From a virus (lineage: Duplodnaviria > Caudoviricetes), in the IMG/VR virus record IMGVR_UViG_3300033463_000012: 64,000 nucleotides of DNA, one strand, 5' to 3'. Of this stretch, positions 27,670-37,108 are shown in pieces. The notes under the pieces were generated by a model, which was not told where the DNA came from, did no database searches, and saw only the letters and a list, made by a program, of their open reading frames with translations. Each line of letters opens with the position of its first letter. The stretch's first letter is position 1. The position numbers and the translations under genes were made by a program.

Positions 27670-27814
27670 ACGATAGGAAATTCATCGAAATTGTGGATGA
27701 ATTGAAACGTTGTCTGATTGACGAGATTGAAGACCTGGTTCCAGATGAACTCGAAGGCAAAAAGATGATAATAGATATGGCACTGAAGCAGGTATCTAAA
27801 TTCTACGGCAACAA

Positions 27815-27924
27815 GCTATAGGAGGTCATAGGAGAGCCAAGGAGCCATTTTTCACTGAGGTAGCTATAACTTACTAACCTTAGGCAAAAGTGGCTCAGAA
27901 GTCATCCTAGACAGCCAGGGAGCA
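27815..27924. repeat. ~109-bp palindromic element, copy 3
   Basis: gagccatttt...aggtagctataacttacta...aaaagtggctc...tcctagacagccagggagc. Confidence 0.85.
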
Positions 27925-27927
27925 TAT

Positions 27928-28524
27928 ATGGCAAGTTTCATGTTTGACGAGTATATCAAATCGGTCGGGCACAACACGACCAATATTCCTGTCCCGATCA
28001 CTGAAACGTCGGGTGTTGGCTTTTGTCTGATCGTCTCCGGTGAAACTGAACTCAAAAAGACGGACAGCTTTGGTGCGGTTCCAGATAGTGAAGGAAACAC
28101 TAATGACACCATTACCGAAAGAATTGCAATCGACGAAACCGATGGAGCCAAGGCGATCATCCCTTTGAACACTTCGGAAACTCATATTCATTTCAAGGAC
28201 ATCCCGACTGAATATGACGACGAAGTGGACATCACGACAAATGGATATACGATGATCAAAGCCCACTCGGCCAAATTCGGAAAGAATCCAAGCGTGACCA
28301 CCATAAAGGACGTGATAGGTGCAGTCATGTTTGCCTATTCCGGGTCTGATGTTCCGAGCACTTTGACTGGAAATGCAATTCCAGTTTGCTATGTGGATTT
28401 CAATGGAACGGTCAATTCTTCGGCTGGTCCATTCAAGGTGGTTTTCAAGAATGGAACACCTGACCAAGAGGACGACCCGGCTACTGTTCCGGATTCTTAT
28501 GGAACAATTTTCATCATGAAGTAG
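27928..28524 (+). CDS. Hypothetical structural protein
   Basis: 198 aa, beta-rich; late promoter upstream. Confidence 0.65.
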   Translation: MASFMFDEYIKSVGHNTTNIPVPITETSGVGFCLIVSGETELKKTDSFGAVPDSEGNTNDTITERIAIDETDGAKAIIPLNTSETHIHFKDIPTEYDDEVDITTNGYTMIKAHSAKFGKNPSVTTIKDVIGAVMFAYSGSDVPSTLTGNAIPVCYVDFNGTVNSSAGPFKVVFKNGTPDQEDDPATVPDSYGTIFIMK

Positions 28525-28529
28525 GAGTA

Positions 28530-29219
28530 ATGAAAATGAGATTTATGAATGAAGACCTAGCAAGCATTAGAAAGCGCGTAGATGACCAGACGGAAGCACT
28601 CAGAAAGCGTTCCGAACGTTGGTCTCGACATCAGGAAGAAGCTGAAGCCGAGGAAGAGGCACAAACTGAACGAATCGCCAAAAGGGTGGAATTCCTAGCC
28701 AAGGGTTTGAACAAGAGATTGGCCGAAATTCTGGAAACCTGGAAGGGTGTTTGTGAAATAGTGGGGAAACCGGAAGGAGTCAAAATCATTGCAGATGAAA
28801 ACTCGTCCATAACTGCAGATGAATTCAATGATGAATTTTTGAGTGACCAAGTCGGAGATTACACCGAGATTTGCAGATTGCTCGAAACAGGTGAAATCAT
28901 CCTACGCCCTGCAGATTTCGGAACGATATTCACATATTCTACTGATGAAGGTTCCATTGGCGCATGGTTGGATGCGACCGTCGGGGCTCCCAGTGGCAGT
29001 AGTCCTTCACATAGGTGGTATTTCGTGAATCTCAGTGATGATGCCAGCAGCTATGTGGAAGAATACCTGGGATGGTTAGGAAGCGATGAAGATGACGAGA
29101 TAATCGAAAGCGTTTCCGATCTCAAGCCGCTGATAGACGAACTCGAAAATGCGGTCGAAACCTGGGCAGAAAATGAGCTGAATGACAATGAACAGAAAGT
29201 CATTCGCAAAAGAGGCTAA
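28530..29219 (+). CDS. Acidic late protein with 'MRFMNE' leader
   Basis: SD aggag. Confidence 0.7.
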   Translation: MKMRFMNEDLASIRKRVDDQTEALRKRSERWSRHQEEAEAEEEAQTERIAKRVEFLAKGLNKRLAEILETWKGVCEIVGKPEGVKIIADENSSITADEFNDEFLSDQVGDYTEICRLLETGEIILRPADFGTIFTYSTDEGSIGAWLDATVGAPSGSSPSHRWYFVNLSDDASSYVEEYLGWLGSDEDDEIIESVSDLKPLIDELENAVETWAENELNDNEQKVIRKRG

Positions 29220-29238
29220 ATAACGAAGAGGTAACAAA

Positions 29239-29478
29239 ATGGAACCAGAAAAGAAGACACACGTAAAGCTGGACACGGAATCCATCAAGAATTTCCTTGA
29301 ACTCCCTGTGTGCATTGAAACGGCGAACAAGGTTGACGACTTGGTGATGGATTTGATCCTCAGCTATATCGACAGCTCAGCCGACAATGGATATGCCACG
29401 GACGAAGAGATCAAGGAATTCTTTGACAATCATAAGTTCGAACTTCTCCGTGCCGTGTATGGCAGGGGTGACATCTAG
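29239..29478 (+). CDS. Small hypothetical protein
   Basis: After CTAAATA variant; SD gagg. Confidence 0.6.
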   Translation: MEPEKKTHVKLDTESIKNFLELPVCIETANKVDDLVMDLILSYIDSSADNGYATDEEIKEFFDNHKFELLRAVYGRGDI

Positions 29479-29498
29479 AATTCCCAGGAGATTACGTC

Positions 29499-29690
29499 AT
29501 GGACACTTCGAAATTCCTCAAGACTTCTGACTTTGACCAATTCAACGGCACCCTCATCTCTCGTGTGATGATGGAGAAGGACTACATCGGCCTTGAACGT
29601 GACCTCGACGCCATAATCAAGGGCAAGATCGAGGAGCGCAAGAACCAGGCCCGGGAGGAATGGAAGGAAATGATGAGAGGGGAGGAATAG
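29499..29690 (+). CDS. Small helical protein (possible gp67-like core protein)
   Basis: 63 aa; lies between portal and protease; SD ggag. Confidence 0.4.
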   Translation: MDTSKFLKTSDFDQFNGTLISRVMMEKDYIGLERDLDAIIKGKIEERKNQAREEWKEMMRGEE

Positions 29691-29692
29691 GG

Positions 29693-30625
29693 ATGATAGA
29701 CGAAAAGGAAATACCCGAAGAGCTGGTCAAGGCCGTGAATGATGCCCATAGACCTTGGCATTATACTGATAATATGAATTATACCAATGCTGATAAAAAA
29801 TGGGCAATTAAAGTCATCAAAGAAGCTATTCATACAATACACAGTTTGATGAACAAGGGGGTTGACCCTGCAGAAAAACAGACTGGACATAGCTCAAATC
29901 ACTATATAGAAATACTAGATTGGATGGGTCTTGATGCTGACTGGGAATCCTTTTTCGCTGAACTTTGTAATCAAACCTATTCTCAGAAGGAAATTTTTTA
30001 TCTGTATATTGATGGAAAAAAAGACCAGGTTTTTGCCAATTTCGATGATGCCAAAAATGAAGCAGATATCATATATTCGTATGGAAACTTTACAGATTCA
30101 GTTAAAGTGAAGGATGAAAAAGGCGAAGTGTTTTATGATCCTAGTGAGTATGATGAAGAAGATGAGTCATATGAACCTATTATGTATAATGTTTTCTTTG
30201 ATTCTGTTTCTGGAAAAGAATGGTATTATCTGCACACCTTCAGAACTCTGGAAGATGCAAAGGATTATGTATGTAAAGACACAGGCAATTACAAAATCAA
30301 AAATTCTTTTGGTGAACTTATTTTAGATACAGATGATATTGAAAAGTTACGTCAGGAACGTAGCAATATTTCCGAATCCACCAACATCTTTGAATCCTTC
30401 CTCGGAAACAGGCAGAAGGGTGGTTTCGACGCTGCAAAGGTGGTCAGAAACCTAAAGGACGGAAGATACGACAGCGAGAATGTCATAGCTGCCTGCGTGT
30501 CGGCCCTGGAAGAAAGACAGAAGTCGGCTCTTGCTCAGAAGTTGGTCAAGCAGTTGCAGTCCGACGGAATCCTGGCCAAGGTGTTCAAGCGCAGTGGGGA
30601 ATTCGGGACGAAGGAGCAACAATGA
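29693..30625 (+). CDS. Modular late protein (ISES/IFES linker)
   Basis: AT-rich middle and GC-richer C-terminal module after 'NISESTNIFES'. Confidence 0.7.
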   Translation: MIDEKEIPEELVKAVNDAHRPWHYTDNMNYTNADKKWAIKVIKEAIHTIHSLMNKGVDPAEKQTGHSSNHYIEILDWMGLDADWESFFAELCNQTYSQKEIFYLYIDGKKDQVFANFDDAKNEADIIYSYGNFTDSVKVKDEKGEVFYDPSEYDEEDESYEPIMYNVFFDSVSGKEWYYLHTFRTLEDAKDYVCKDTGNYKIKNSFGELILDTDDIEKLRQERSNISESTNIFESFLGNRQKGGFDAAKVVRNLKDGRYDSENVIAACVSALEERQKSALAQKLVKQLQSDGILAKVFKRSGEFGTKEQQ

Positions 30626-32034
30626 GAATCGATGAAGCATTTAGCAAGCCAAGACAGATCAAGCAGAAATACCGTCTTTCTGCGGAGAAGATGACACTTA
30701 AAGGTGGAACTATCCTTCATCGTATTGTCGCCATGAGAGATTTTGGTGATGTAAAAAAAGGCGATAAGGGTGGCTGGGTTGAATCCGATGATAATTTGAG
30801 CCACGATGACGATTGCTGGATTTATGACGATGCCAAAGTTTATCAAAATGCACAAGTTTATGATAATGCACAGGTGCGAGATAATGCTATCATATTAGGT
30901 GATTCCAAAATTTTCGATAATGCAAAAATATATGGAAATGCAAAGGTATATGGAACCAATGGTTTCAATAGATGTAAGGTATATGGAAATGCACAGGTAT
31001 ATGAAAATGCGCAAGTTTTATTCTTTGCAGAAGTGTATGGAAATGCACAGGTATATGGCAATGCCGAAGTGGGTGGAGAATCCAAAGTATATGGAAATGC
31101 TAAGGTATATGGAAATGCCAAATTAGAGCGGGAACCTATTATACACGGTGATGCCAAGGTATACGAAGATGCCACTGTGCGTGGTGAAGCGGAAGTATAT
31201 GAAAACGCTAAGGTATATGGACATGCACAAGTACACGGAGATGTAAAGATTTATGGCTATGCCCGTGTATATGGTAATGCCGAAATATATGAGGATGCCA
31301 AAGTGTTTGGGTCATCCTTTGTGTATGGTGATGCCAAGGTATATGGTGATGCCACAGTTGAAGAATCTGCGCATATATACGAAAACGCTGTAGTAGAACA
31401 TTATGCGCATGCATTCGGATACATTCACGGAAATGCACATGTCTATGGTGGTTATGTAGGTGGCAACATATATGAAAACGCCAGAGTATATAGTGGGGTC
31501 ATCGGTGATTCGGAAGTTTATGGTGAAGCAATGATTGGCGGCGAAAACGTGAAAATATTAGAAGGATCAAAAGTGTTCGGCAAAGCAGAAGTTACTGGAG
31601 GAAAGATTCTGCATTCATTTGTATATGAAAATGCCGATGTATCCAATTGTAATAAAATTTCATGGTCATATATTCATGGAAATGCTCACATAAGAGAAAG
31701 TGCCAATATACACAGCTATGCTGATATATATGGACATGCTGAGATTTCTGGATATGCCTGGATAGAAAATGGTTCGAAAGTGTTTGGAAATGCAAAGATT
31801 TCTGGAAAAGCAAGATTAGAAAGATATTCAACTGTTCTTGAAAATGCTGTAGTATGTGATAATGCTTTCATTAAAGAATCAACAGTGGGTGGACATGCAA
31901 AGGTATGCGATAAAGCGCAGTTGTATCATTCTGAAGTTGGTGGAAGAGTCACTATTGATGAAGATATTGAATTAGATAAGGCAAAAATCTATTCAGGCCT
32001 TGACTTGGCAGACTACCTGGAGGAACAACTCTAA
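30622..32034 (+). CDS. Hexapeptide-repeat protein, paralog 2 (long)
   Basis: LHRIVAMRDF..GDKGGWVESDDNLSH head plus dozens of NA.VYG hexads. Confidence 0.85.
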   Translation: MRIDEAFSKPRQIKQKYRLSAEKMTLKGGTILHRIVAMRDFGDVKKGDKGGWVESDDNLSHDDDCWIYDDAKVYQNAQVYDNAQVRDNAIILGDSKIFDNAKIYGNAKVYGTNGFNRCKVYGNAQVYENAQVLFFAEVYGNAQVYGNAEVGGESKVYGNAKVYGNAKLEREPIIHGDAKVYEDATVRGEAEVYENAKVYGHAQVHGDVKIYGYARVYGNAEIYEDAKVFGSSFVYGDAKVYGDATVEESAHIYENAVVEHYAHAFGYIHGNAHVYGGYVGGNIYENARVYSGVIGDSEVYGEAMIGGENVKILEGSKVFGKAEVTGGKILHSFVYENADVSNCNKISWSYIHGNAHIRESANIHSYADIYGHAEISGYAWIENGSKVFGNAKISGKARLERYSTVLENAVVCDNAFIKESTVGGHAKVCDKAQLYHSEVGGRVTIDEDIELDKAKIYSGLDLADYLEEQL

Positions 32035-32054
32035 ATTCACAAGAGGTAGACAAA

Positions 32055-32693
32055 ATGAAGCTAATAGTCGAAACAGTAGAACCAAATGAAATCAACGTCC
32101 TCAATGAAGCGACCGAGGACGGGAAGAAGCATTGGTATATTTCCGGCCCCTTCATGCAGGCGGACACCAAGAACCGCAATGGCCGAATCTACCCGAAGAA
32201 GATCCTTGAACGCGAAGTGGAGAAGTATATCAAGGAAAAGGTGAACACCAAGCAGGCCATGGGCGAACTTGACCACCCCCCGCAGACCACGATCAATCTT
32301 GAACGTGTTTCCCACTTGGTCGAATCCCTGAAGTTCGAAGGGAACAACGTGATCGGCAAGGCCAAAATCCTGGATACCCCCTGTGGCAGAACGGTTCAGT
32401 CCCTGCTCGATGGAGGGGTCAAGTTGGGTGTTTCCTCCCGTGGAGTCGGCTCGCTAAACGAAGACACTGTGGCGGATGACTATTCCCTCGTTTGCATTGA
32501 CATCGTGGGTGATCCTTCGGCCCTTTCCGCTTATGTGGACGGGATTTACGAATCGGTCGACTACATCGTTTCAGGTGACAAATTCGTGGAAAAGGCTGTC
32601 GACAATCTGAAGAAAGAATTGGACAAGAACGGCTCCAAGAGGATTTATGAGGCGATGAGCCAGTTCCTCAAGGACATCCAGAAGACGCTTTGA
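32055..32693 (+). CDS. Prohead core protein protease (gp21)
   Basis: GPFMQAD.KNRNGRIYP, GELDHP, KILDTP.G, GVSSRG.GS, DIVGDPSA. Confidence 0.96.
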   Translation: MKLIVETVEPNEINVLNEATEDGKKHWYISGPFMQADTKNRNGRIYPKKILEREVEKYIKEKVNTKQAMGELDHPPQTTINLERVSHLVESLKFEGNNVIGKAKILDTPCGRTVQSLLDGGVKLGVSSRGVGSLNEDTVADDYSLVCIDIVGDPSALSAYVDGIYESVDYIVSGDKFVEKAVDNLKKELDKNGSKRIYEAMSQFLKDIQKTL

Positions 32694-32705
32694 TAGGAGA
32701 AACAA

Positions 32706-33095
32706 ATGGCCAATTTTCTTGACTACTTGAATGGAGGAGAACCAGAGAAGGACAAGGAGACCATCGAAGACGTGGGCGCCAAAGACCTTCTGAACCGAAT
32801 CCTCGCTGAACTCATATCCCTTCATGAAACCGTGGAGGACCTAACGGACATCGTGACTGATCTCAAGGAAAAGAACGCCAATGCACAAGTCCTTCCTCAG
32901 GGCAATGTTCAGCCACTGATGACAGAACCAAATTCATATGCAAAGGGATCAAAAGAAGTGAATCCCTCCTTCAACGAAAATCTGAACTCTCCTATTCAGG
33001 TTTCCGGAGCAATGAACACGGACTTCACTGAACACGTAGGAGAACTTTTTGAAGCCATGGTCACAGAATCGAACAACAGGGCTTCAATTCATTAG
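32706..33095 (+). CDS. Hypothetical head-region protein
   Basis: Between protease and scaffold; MANFLDYL leader. Confidence 0.6.
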   Translation: MANFLDYLNGGEPEKDKETIEDVGAKDLLNRILAELISLHETVEDLTDIVTDLKEKNANAQVLPQGNVQPLMTEPNSYAKGSKEVNPSFNENLNSPIQVSGAMNTDFTEHVGELFEAMVTESNNRASIH

Positions 33096-33136
33096 GATCT
33101 AAATTAAATGAAAGAACTCCATAAGGAGAAAAGATT

Positions 33137-34300
33137 ATGCAGATTTACGAAGTTTTGAAAGGATTGATCACCAAGGAACAGCTGGAGGAATTCCAGTCCG
33201 AGGTCAAAAACGTAATCGAAGAAGCGGTCGCCAAGCGGAAGAAGGAAGTCGAAGACCTTTCTGAACGCTATGTTGCAGAAGCAGTAAAGGAACAGGTCGC
33301 CAAGATTGAAGAGGACATCAAGGCCAAGTATGAAGAAAAGGCGGCGGCTGACCAGAATTCCTTGACTGAATCTCAACAGGAGGTCGAAAACTCCCGCACT
33401 GCAATGGAAGCCGAACTCGCCGAGAAGGAATCTCAGCTGGTCGACCTCTATGAACAGAAGAACACCGAGTTGAATGAACAGGCCGAAGCCAAGGCAGCCG
33501 AAGTCGAAGAACAGAAGAAACGGCTCCAGGAAGAATATGCAGCCAAGGAACAGGCACTTCAGGAAGAATATGAAGAAAAGGAATCCAAGCTGATCGAACT
33601 CTACGAAGAAAAGAACGACAGATTGGAACAGGAATACAAGGACAAGGTGGTCGAACTCACCGAAGAACACAAGGCCGAAATCGAGGCCCAGTTGATCGAG
33701 GAAGGAGTGGTCACCAAGGAAAAGTTCGAGCAATTCCGCAAGATGTTCGAAGAAAAGGAAGAACACATGGTGGATGCGCTCAACAAGTTCCTGGATGAGC
33801 AGATAGCGAGCAAAATCTCCGACAAGCTCATCAGGGAATCGGTGGTGTCAGAGGAAATGACGTCTCTTGTCGAAGGCATAAAGATGCTGTTCGAAGAGCA
33901 TTATTCTGGTATCGACGCCACTGCTGGAATTCGCAAAATCCGCGAAGAAAACGAACAACTCAAAGAATCCTATGAACGGTTGGTGAGCGAGAAGGCCGAC
34001 CTGAGCCAGAAGCTGGAATCTGCCGCCACGAGGATTCTGATCACGGAAAAGACGCAAGACCTATCTGATGTCCAGAGGGAGAAAGTGATGACTTACTTCG
34101 AAGGACGGGATTTTGACTTCGTCAACTCCAGGATCGACAATTTCATACAGCTGACCGAAAATGACAACAGGTCCAAGAAGGCACTCCGTTCAGAAAGACG
34201 CATTCAGCGTTTGGACGAAGTGAATTCAGGTTGCCTTCCCGAAAAGAAGCCGCAAACCAAGGACGCTGATTTCATGAATGCAGTCAGCAAGTATATGTAA
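33137..34300 (+). CDS. Prohead core scaffold protein (gp22-like)
   Basis: Long Glu/Lys coiled coil between gp21 and gp23; VDALNKFLD, GIKMLFEEHY. Confidence 0.85.
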   Translation: MQIYEVLKGLITKEQLEEFQSEVKNVIEEAVAKRKKEVEDLSERYVAEAVKEQVAKIEEDIKAKYEEKAAADQNSLTESQQEVENSRTAMEAELAEKESQLVDLYEQKNTELNEQAEAKAAEVEEQKKRLQEEYAAKEQALQEEYEEKESKLIELYEEKNDRLEQEYKDKVVELTEEHKAEIEAQLIEEGVVTKEKFEQFRKMFEEKEEHMVDALNKFLDEQIASKISDKLIRESVVSEEMTSLVEGIKMLFEEHYSGIDATAGIRKIREENEQLKESYERLVSEKADLSQKLESAATRILITEKTQDLSDVQREKVMTYFEGRDFDFVNSRIDNFIQLTENDNRSKKALRSERRIQRLDEVNSGCLPEKKPQTKDADFMNAVSKYM

Positions 34301-34325
34301 ACCATTATCCATAAAGGAAAACAAA

Positions 34326-35804
34326 ATGAGCATTCTATCCGAAAAGTGGTCCCGCGCAAAGGGACTTGGACTGGACGACATCAAGGACCAGTCCGTCAAG
34401 AACAACATGGCGCAGCTGCTCGAAAACCAGATGCGCGAACTCGGTGGCCGTGGATTCCTGACCGAAGCTGACACCGGGATGGGCGGCAACTTCGCTACCG
34501 GTATCGGTGACGGTGGCAATCCTGCTGGCGAATCCGGTATCGCTATCGGTGCCAAGCCCACTGGCAACCTCCCCGCTGGTGGCGACAACATGGGCGCTCT
34601 CGCTCCTATGTCCTTCGCTCTCCTCCGTCGTTCGTTCCCTGCCCTATTCGCCAACAAGGTCGTAGGTGTCCAGGCCATGAACGGTCCCGTGTCCCTCATC
34701 ATGGCCCAGCGCTATGTCTATCAGGGCACCAAGGACGAAGCCGGTTGGGACAAGGTTCCCTCTTACGCTGGCTTTACCGGCAACTTCAACGGCATGACCG
34801 GTGTTGATGCAGCTTCCGCCAAGATTATGGCTTCCGCTGCCGCTCAGGACCCCCAGATCGCTGAAGCTTGGAGACTTCGTGCTCCTATCGCCGACGCCAA
34901 CGATGGCCCTGTCACTGATTTCGGTGGTGACCTCAACAAGTACCCCGAACTCACCGTCCACATGTCCCGCGTTCCGGTTCTCGCCAAGACCCGTAAGCTG
35001 GGCGCTTCCTACTCTCTGGAAGCCGTCATGGACGCCAAGGCCGTTCTCAACCTCGACCTGGAAAAGGAACTCCTTTCCACCATCCAGTATGAACTGGTTG
35101 CCGAACAGGACCGTGAAATCATCGCTCGCCTGAAGAAGGTTGCCCAGGATGAAGGCAACATTTCCACTGGCAACGAAGAAGCCGGCTACATCTACGAAGG
35201 TTCGCCCTTCCAGACCACCATGGCTTACCCCAACGGTGGTATCGCTGGCCTCGGCATTGACCTGACCACTCTTGACGGTGAATCCAACAAGCAGCAGGAC
35301 GCCATTTCCTGCCTGATCACCTACATCATGGGTCTGGCCAACTCCATCGCGGTCGCAACTCACCGCTCCGCTGGCAACTTCGCCATTGTCAGCCCCGGCG
35401 TTGCCACCCTCCTGCAGTGCGCTGGTCCTATCTGGAACCGCGTCGCCTCTGCAGTCAATCCTCTCGAAGCCACTCCCGAAATCGGCACCCTCGGTGAAAA
35501 CATCAAGGTTTACCGTGACCAGTATGCCCTCGAAGACTACGTCCTCGTTGGCTACAAGGGCTCCTCGAACCTCGATGCCGGTATCTTCTACGCTCCTTAC
35601 GTCACCGGACTTGAAAGCCGTGCGGTCAGCGCTCAGAACTTCGCTCCTCGTATCGGGGTCATGAGCCGCTACGCCATCGTGGACAACATCCTCGGTGCTG
35701 GTAGATACTACCGTTACGCCAAGGTTAAGATCCCTGCTAGCTTGTTCAACAAGGCCGAAGTTGACAACACTGTGGCTAGCATGTTCAAGCCCGTCGGATA
35801 CTAG
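34326..35804 (+). CDS. Major capsid protein (gp23)
   Basis: EKW, LLENQ, FLTE-A cleavage site, RRSFP..ANKVVGVQAMNGP, AKTRKL, VGYKG, DAGIFYAPY, PRIGVMSRYA. Confidence 0.97.
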   Translation: MSILSEKWSRAKGLGLDDIKDQSVKNNMAQLLENQMRELGGRGFLTEADTGMGGNFATGIGDGGNPAGESGIAIGAKPTGNLPAGGDNMGALAPMSFALLRRSFPALFANKVVGVQAMNGPVSLIMAQRYVYQGTKDEAGWDKVPSYAGFTGNFNGMTGVDAASAKIMASAAAQDPQIAEAWRLRAPIADANDGPVTDFGGDLNKYPELTVHMSRVPVLAKTRKLGASYSLEAVMDAKAVLNLDLEKELLSTIQYELVAEQDREIIARLKKVAQDEGNISTGNEEAGYIYEGSPFQTTMAYPNGGIAGLGIDLTTLDGESNKQQDAISCLITYIMGLANSIAVATHRSAGNFAIVSPGVATLLQCAGPIWNRVASAVNPLEATPEIGTLGENIKVYRDQYALEDYVLVGYKGSSNLDAGIFYAPYVTGLESRAVSAQNFAPRIGVMSRYAIVDNILGAGRYYRYAKVKIPASLFNKAEVDNTVASMFKPVGY

Positions 35805-35832
35805 TATTCGACGCTTGAACTGACACGAACTC

Positions 35833-35858
35833 GAGGGAGCCTTCGGGCTCCCTCTTTT
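35833..35858 (+). terminator. Intrinsic terminator after the capsid gene
   Basis: gagggagcc-ttcg-ggctccctc-tttt. Confidence 0.9.
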
Positions 35859-35889
35859 ATTGTCAATTCAATTTTGCTATATTATAAGT

Positions 35890-35940
35890 ATGAAGAAAAT
35901 CACTTGCAAGATTTGTGGCAGAGAATATAGTGGTCATTGA
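35890..35940 (+). pseudogene. Truncated zinc-finger ORF (possible homing endonuclease remnant)
   Basis: MKKITCKICGREYSGH* directly after a ttgtca..tatattata promoter-like sequence, between two terminators. Confidence 0.4.
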
Positions 35941-35951
35941 CAAATAATATG

Positions 35952-35981
35952 AAAATAGGGAGCCCGAAGGCTCCCTATTTT
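35952..35981. terminator. Bidirectional intrinsic terminator
   Basis: aaaatagggagcc-cgaa-ggctccctatttt. Confidence 0.85.
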
Positions 35982-36002
35982 GTCGTGTTCATTCAATTGT
36001 TT

Positions 36003-36572
36003 TTACATGCGTTCATTCATTTTGTTGATGAATTCTTCCTTATTTTCATTGAATTCATACACTTCATCACTTATGTCAGGTATCAATTCAAAAGTCAAGG
36101 TGATGTCGTGTAGATTCAATTCATAGGTATTGTAATCTTCTTCTTCACTGTTTTCATCGAATTGGTCAATAAGAACCTGTGCCCCGAAGACAACGGAAAT
36201 CAAAATATTATTTTCGCTGCTAACTTTGGCTTTGACGTTTTTGGTGTAAAATCCACCATATATGCCATAATTTTCAATGTCGAAATCGGAACCAAATTCA
36301 CCCTCTTCCTGGCCTAGAGTGTACGTATTCAATTTATCGTATAAATCTTCAAAAGAACGACACCGTGCTGCGTTTCTAGAAAGAATTTTTGAATACTTGT
36401 TAATCAGTTTTTCAATTTGACGAATTACCTTATTGTTTACAACAAGTTTTTCCGGATCATCTGTTCCGGCAATTGCCTCTGCTGTTTCTGCAGCAGCCAG
36501 AACTTCATTTGGGTCAAACGTATAAAGCACATTATCTACCAGGCGTATCTTCAATTCATTAAAATCCATCAT
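36003..36572 (-). CDS. Hypothetical late protein (AT-rich)
   Basis: Downstream of reverse CTAAATT at 36615; ends in 'KMNERM'. Confidence 0.7.
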   Translation of the reverse strand: MMDFNELKIRLVDNVLYTFDPNEVLAAAETAEAIAGTDDPEKLVVNNKVIRQIEKLINKYSKILSRNAARCRSFEDLYDKLNTYTLGQEEGEFGSDFDIENYGIYGGFYTKNVKAKVSSENNILISVVFGAQVLIDQFDENSEEEDYNTYELNLHDITLTFELIPDISDEVYEFNENKEEFINKMNERM

Positions 36573-36658
36573 ATCCTATCCTTTTTTGCATTCATCATGC
36601 AGTTGAACTTGTCTAATTTAGCTAGTTCGATGTATGGCTAAATTGACCAGGAGGACCT

Positions 36659-37099
36659 ATGGCGGTCAACAATGAATACATCAGACTGAATCGGTTCAAA
36701 CGAGAGGATCGTTATTGGATTCAAGAAGTGCCGGAGAAATCTGTCCCGGTCAAATCCAACTTTGCCTATGACCTTTCCTTGAATCCCACCAAAGGCGAGA
36801 TTGTTGACTATCAGGCCATAAATGCCTCCATATTGATGATAATCCTTTCCAATTTCGGTGAACATCCTTTCCGTCCGAACCTGGGATCCTCTGCTCAGAA
36901 CATGCCTTTTGAATCATTTCAGTTGAACCAGAACTATGACGGACTTGCAGGGGAAATCGAAAGGATAGAGACAAGGATCAAGGTATTGGACATAACAGTC
37001 GAAGCTGATCCTGACAATCATTCACTGAAACTAAATATACCATATATGGTTTTGAACACAGGCGAGGTAGCCGAGTTCGACCAGCGTTTGTCCATGTGA
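36659..37099 (+). CDS. Baseplate wedge protein (gp25)
   Basis: AINASI..I..SNFGEHPFRPNLGS, E.RIKV motifs. Confidence 0.88.
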   Translation: MAVNNEYIRLNRFKREDRYWIQEVPEKSVPVKSNFAYDLSLNPTKGEIVDYQAINASILMIILSNFGEHPFRPNLGSSAQNMPFESFQLNQNYDGLAGEIERIETRIKVLDITVEADPDNHSLKLNIPYMVLNTGEVAEFDQRLSM

Positions 37100-37108
37100 G
37101 GTTCATGA

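Noticed and set aside
30800-31450. Periodic DNA repeats (gtatatggaaatgc...) resembling a CRISPR array
   Set aside because: They are 18-bp-period degenerate coding repeats of hexapeptide units, with no constant repeat plus unique spacer structure and no cas genes.
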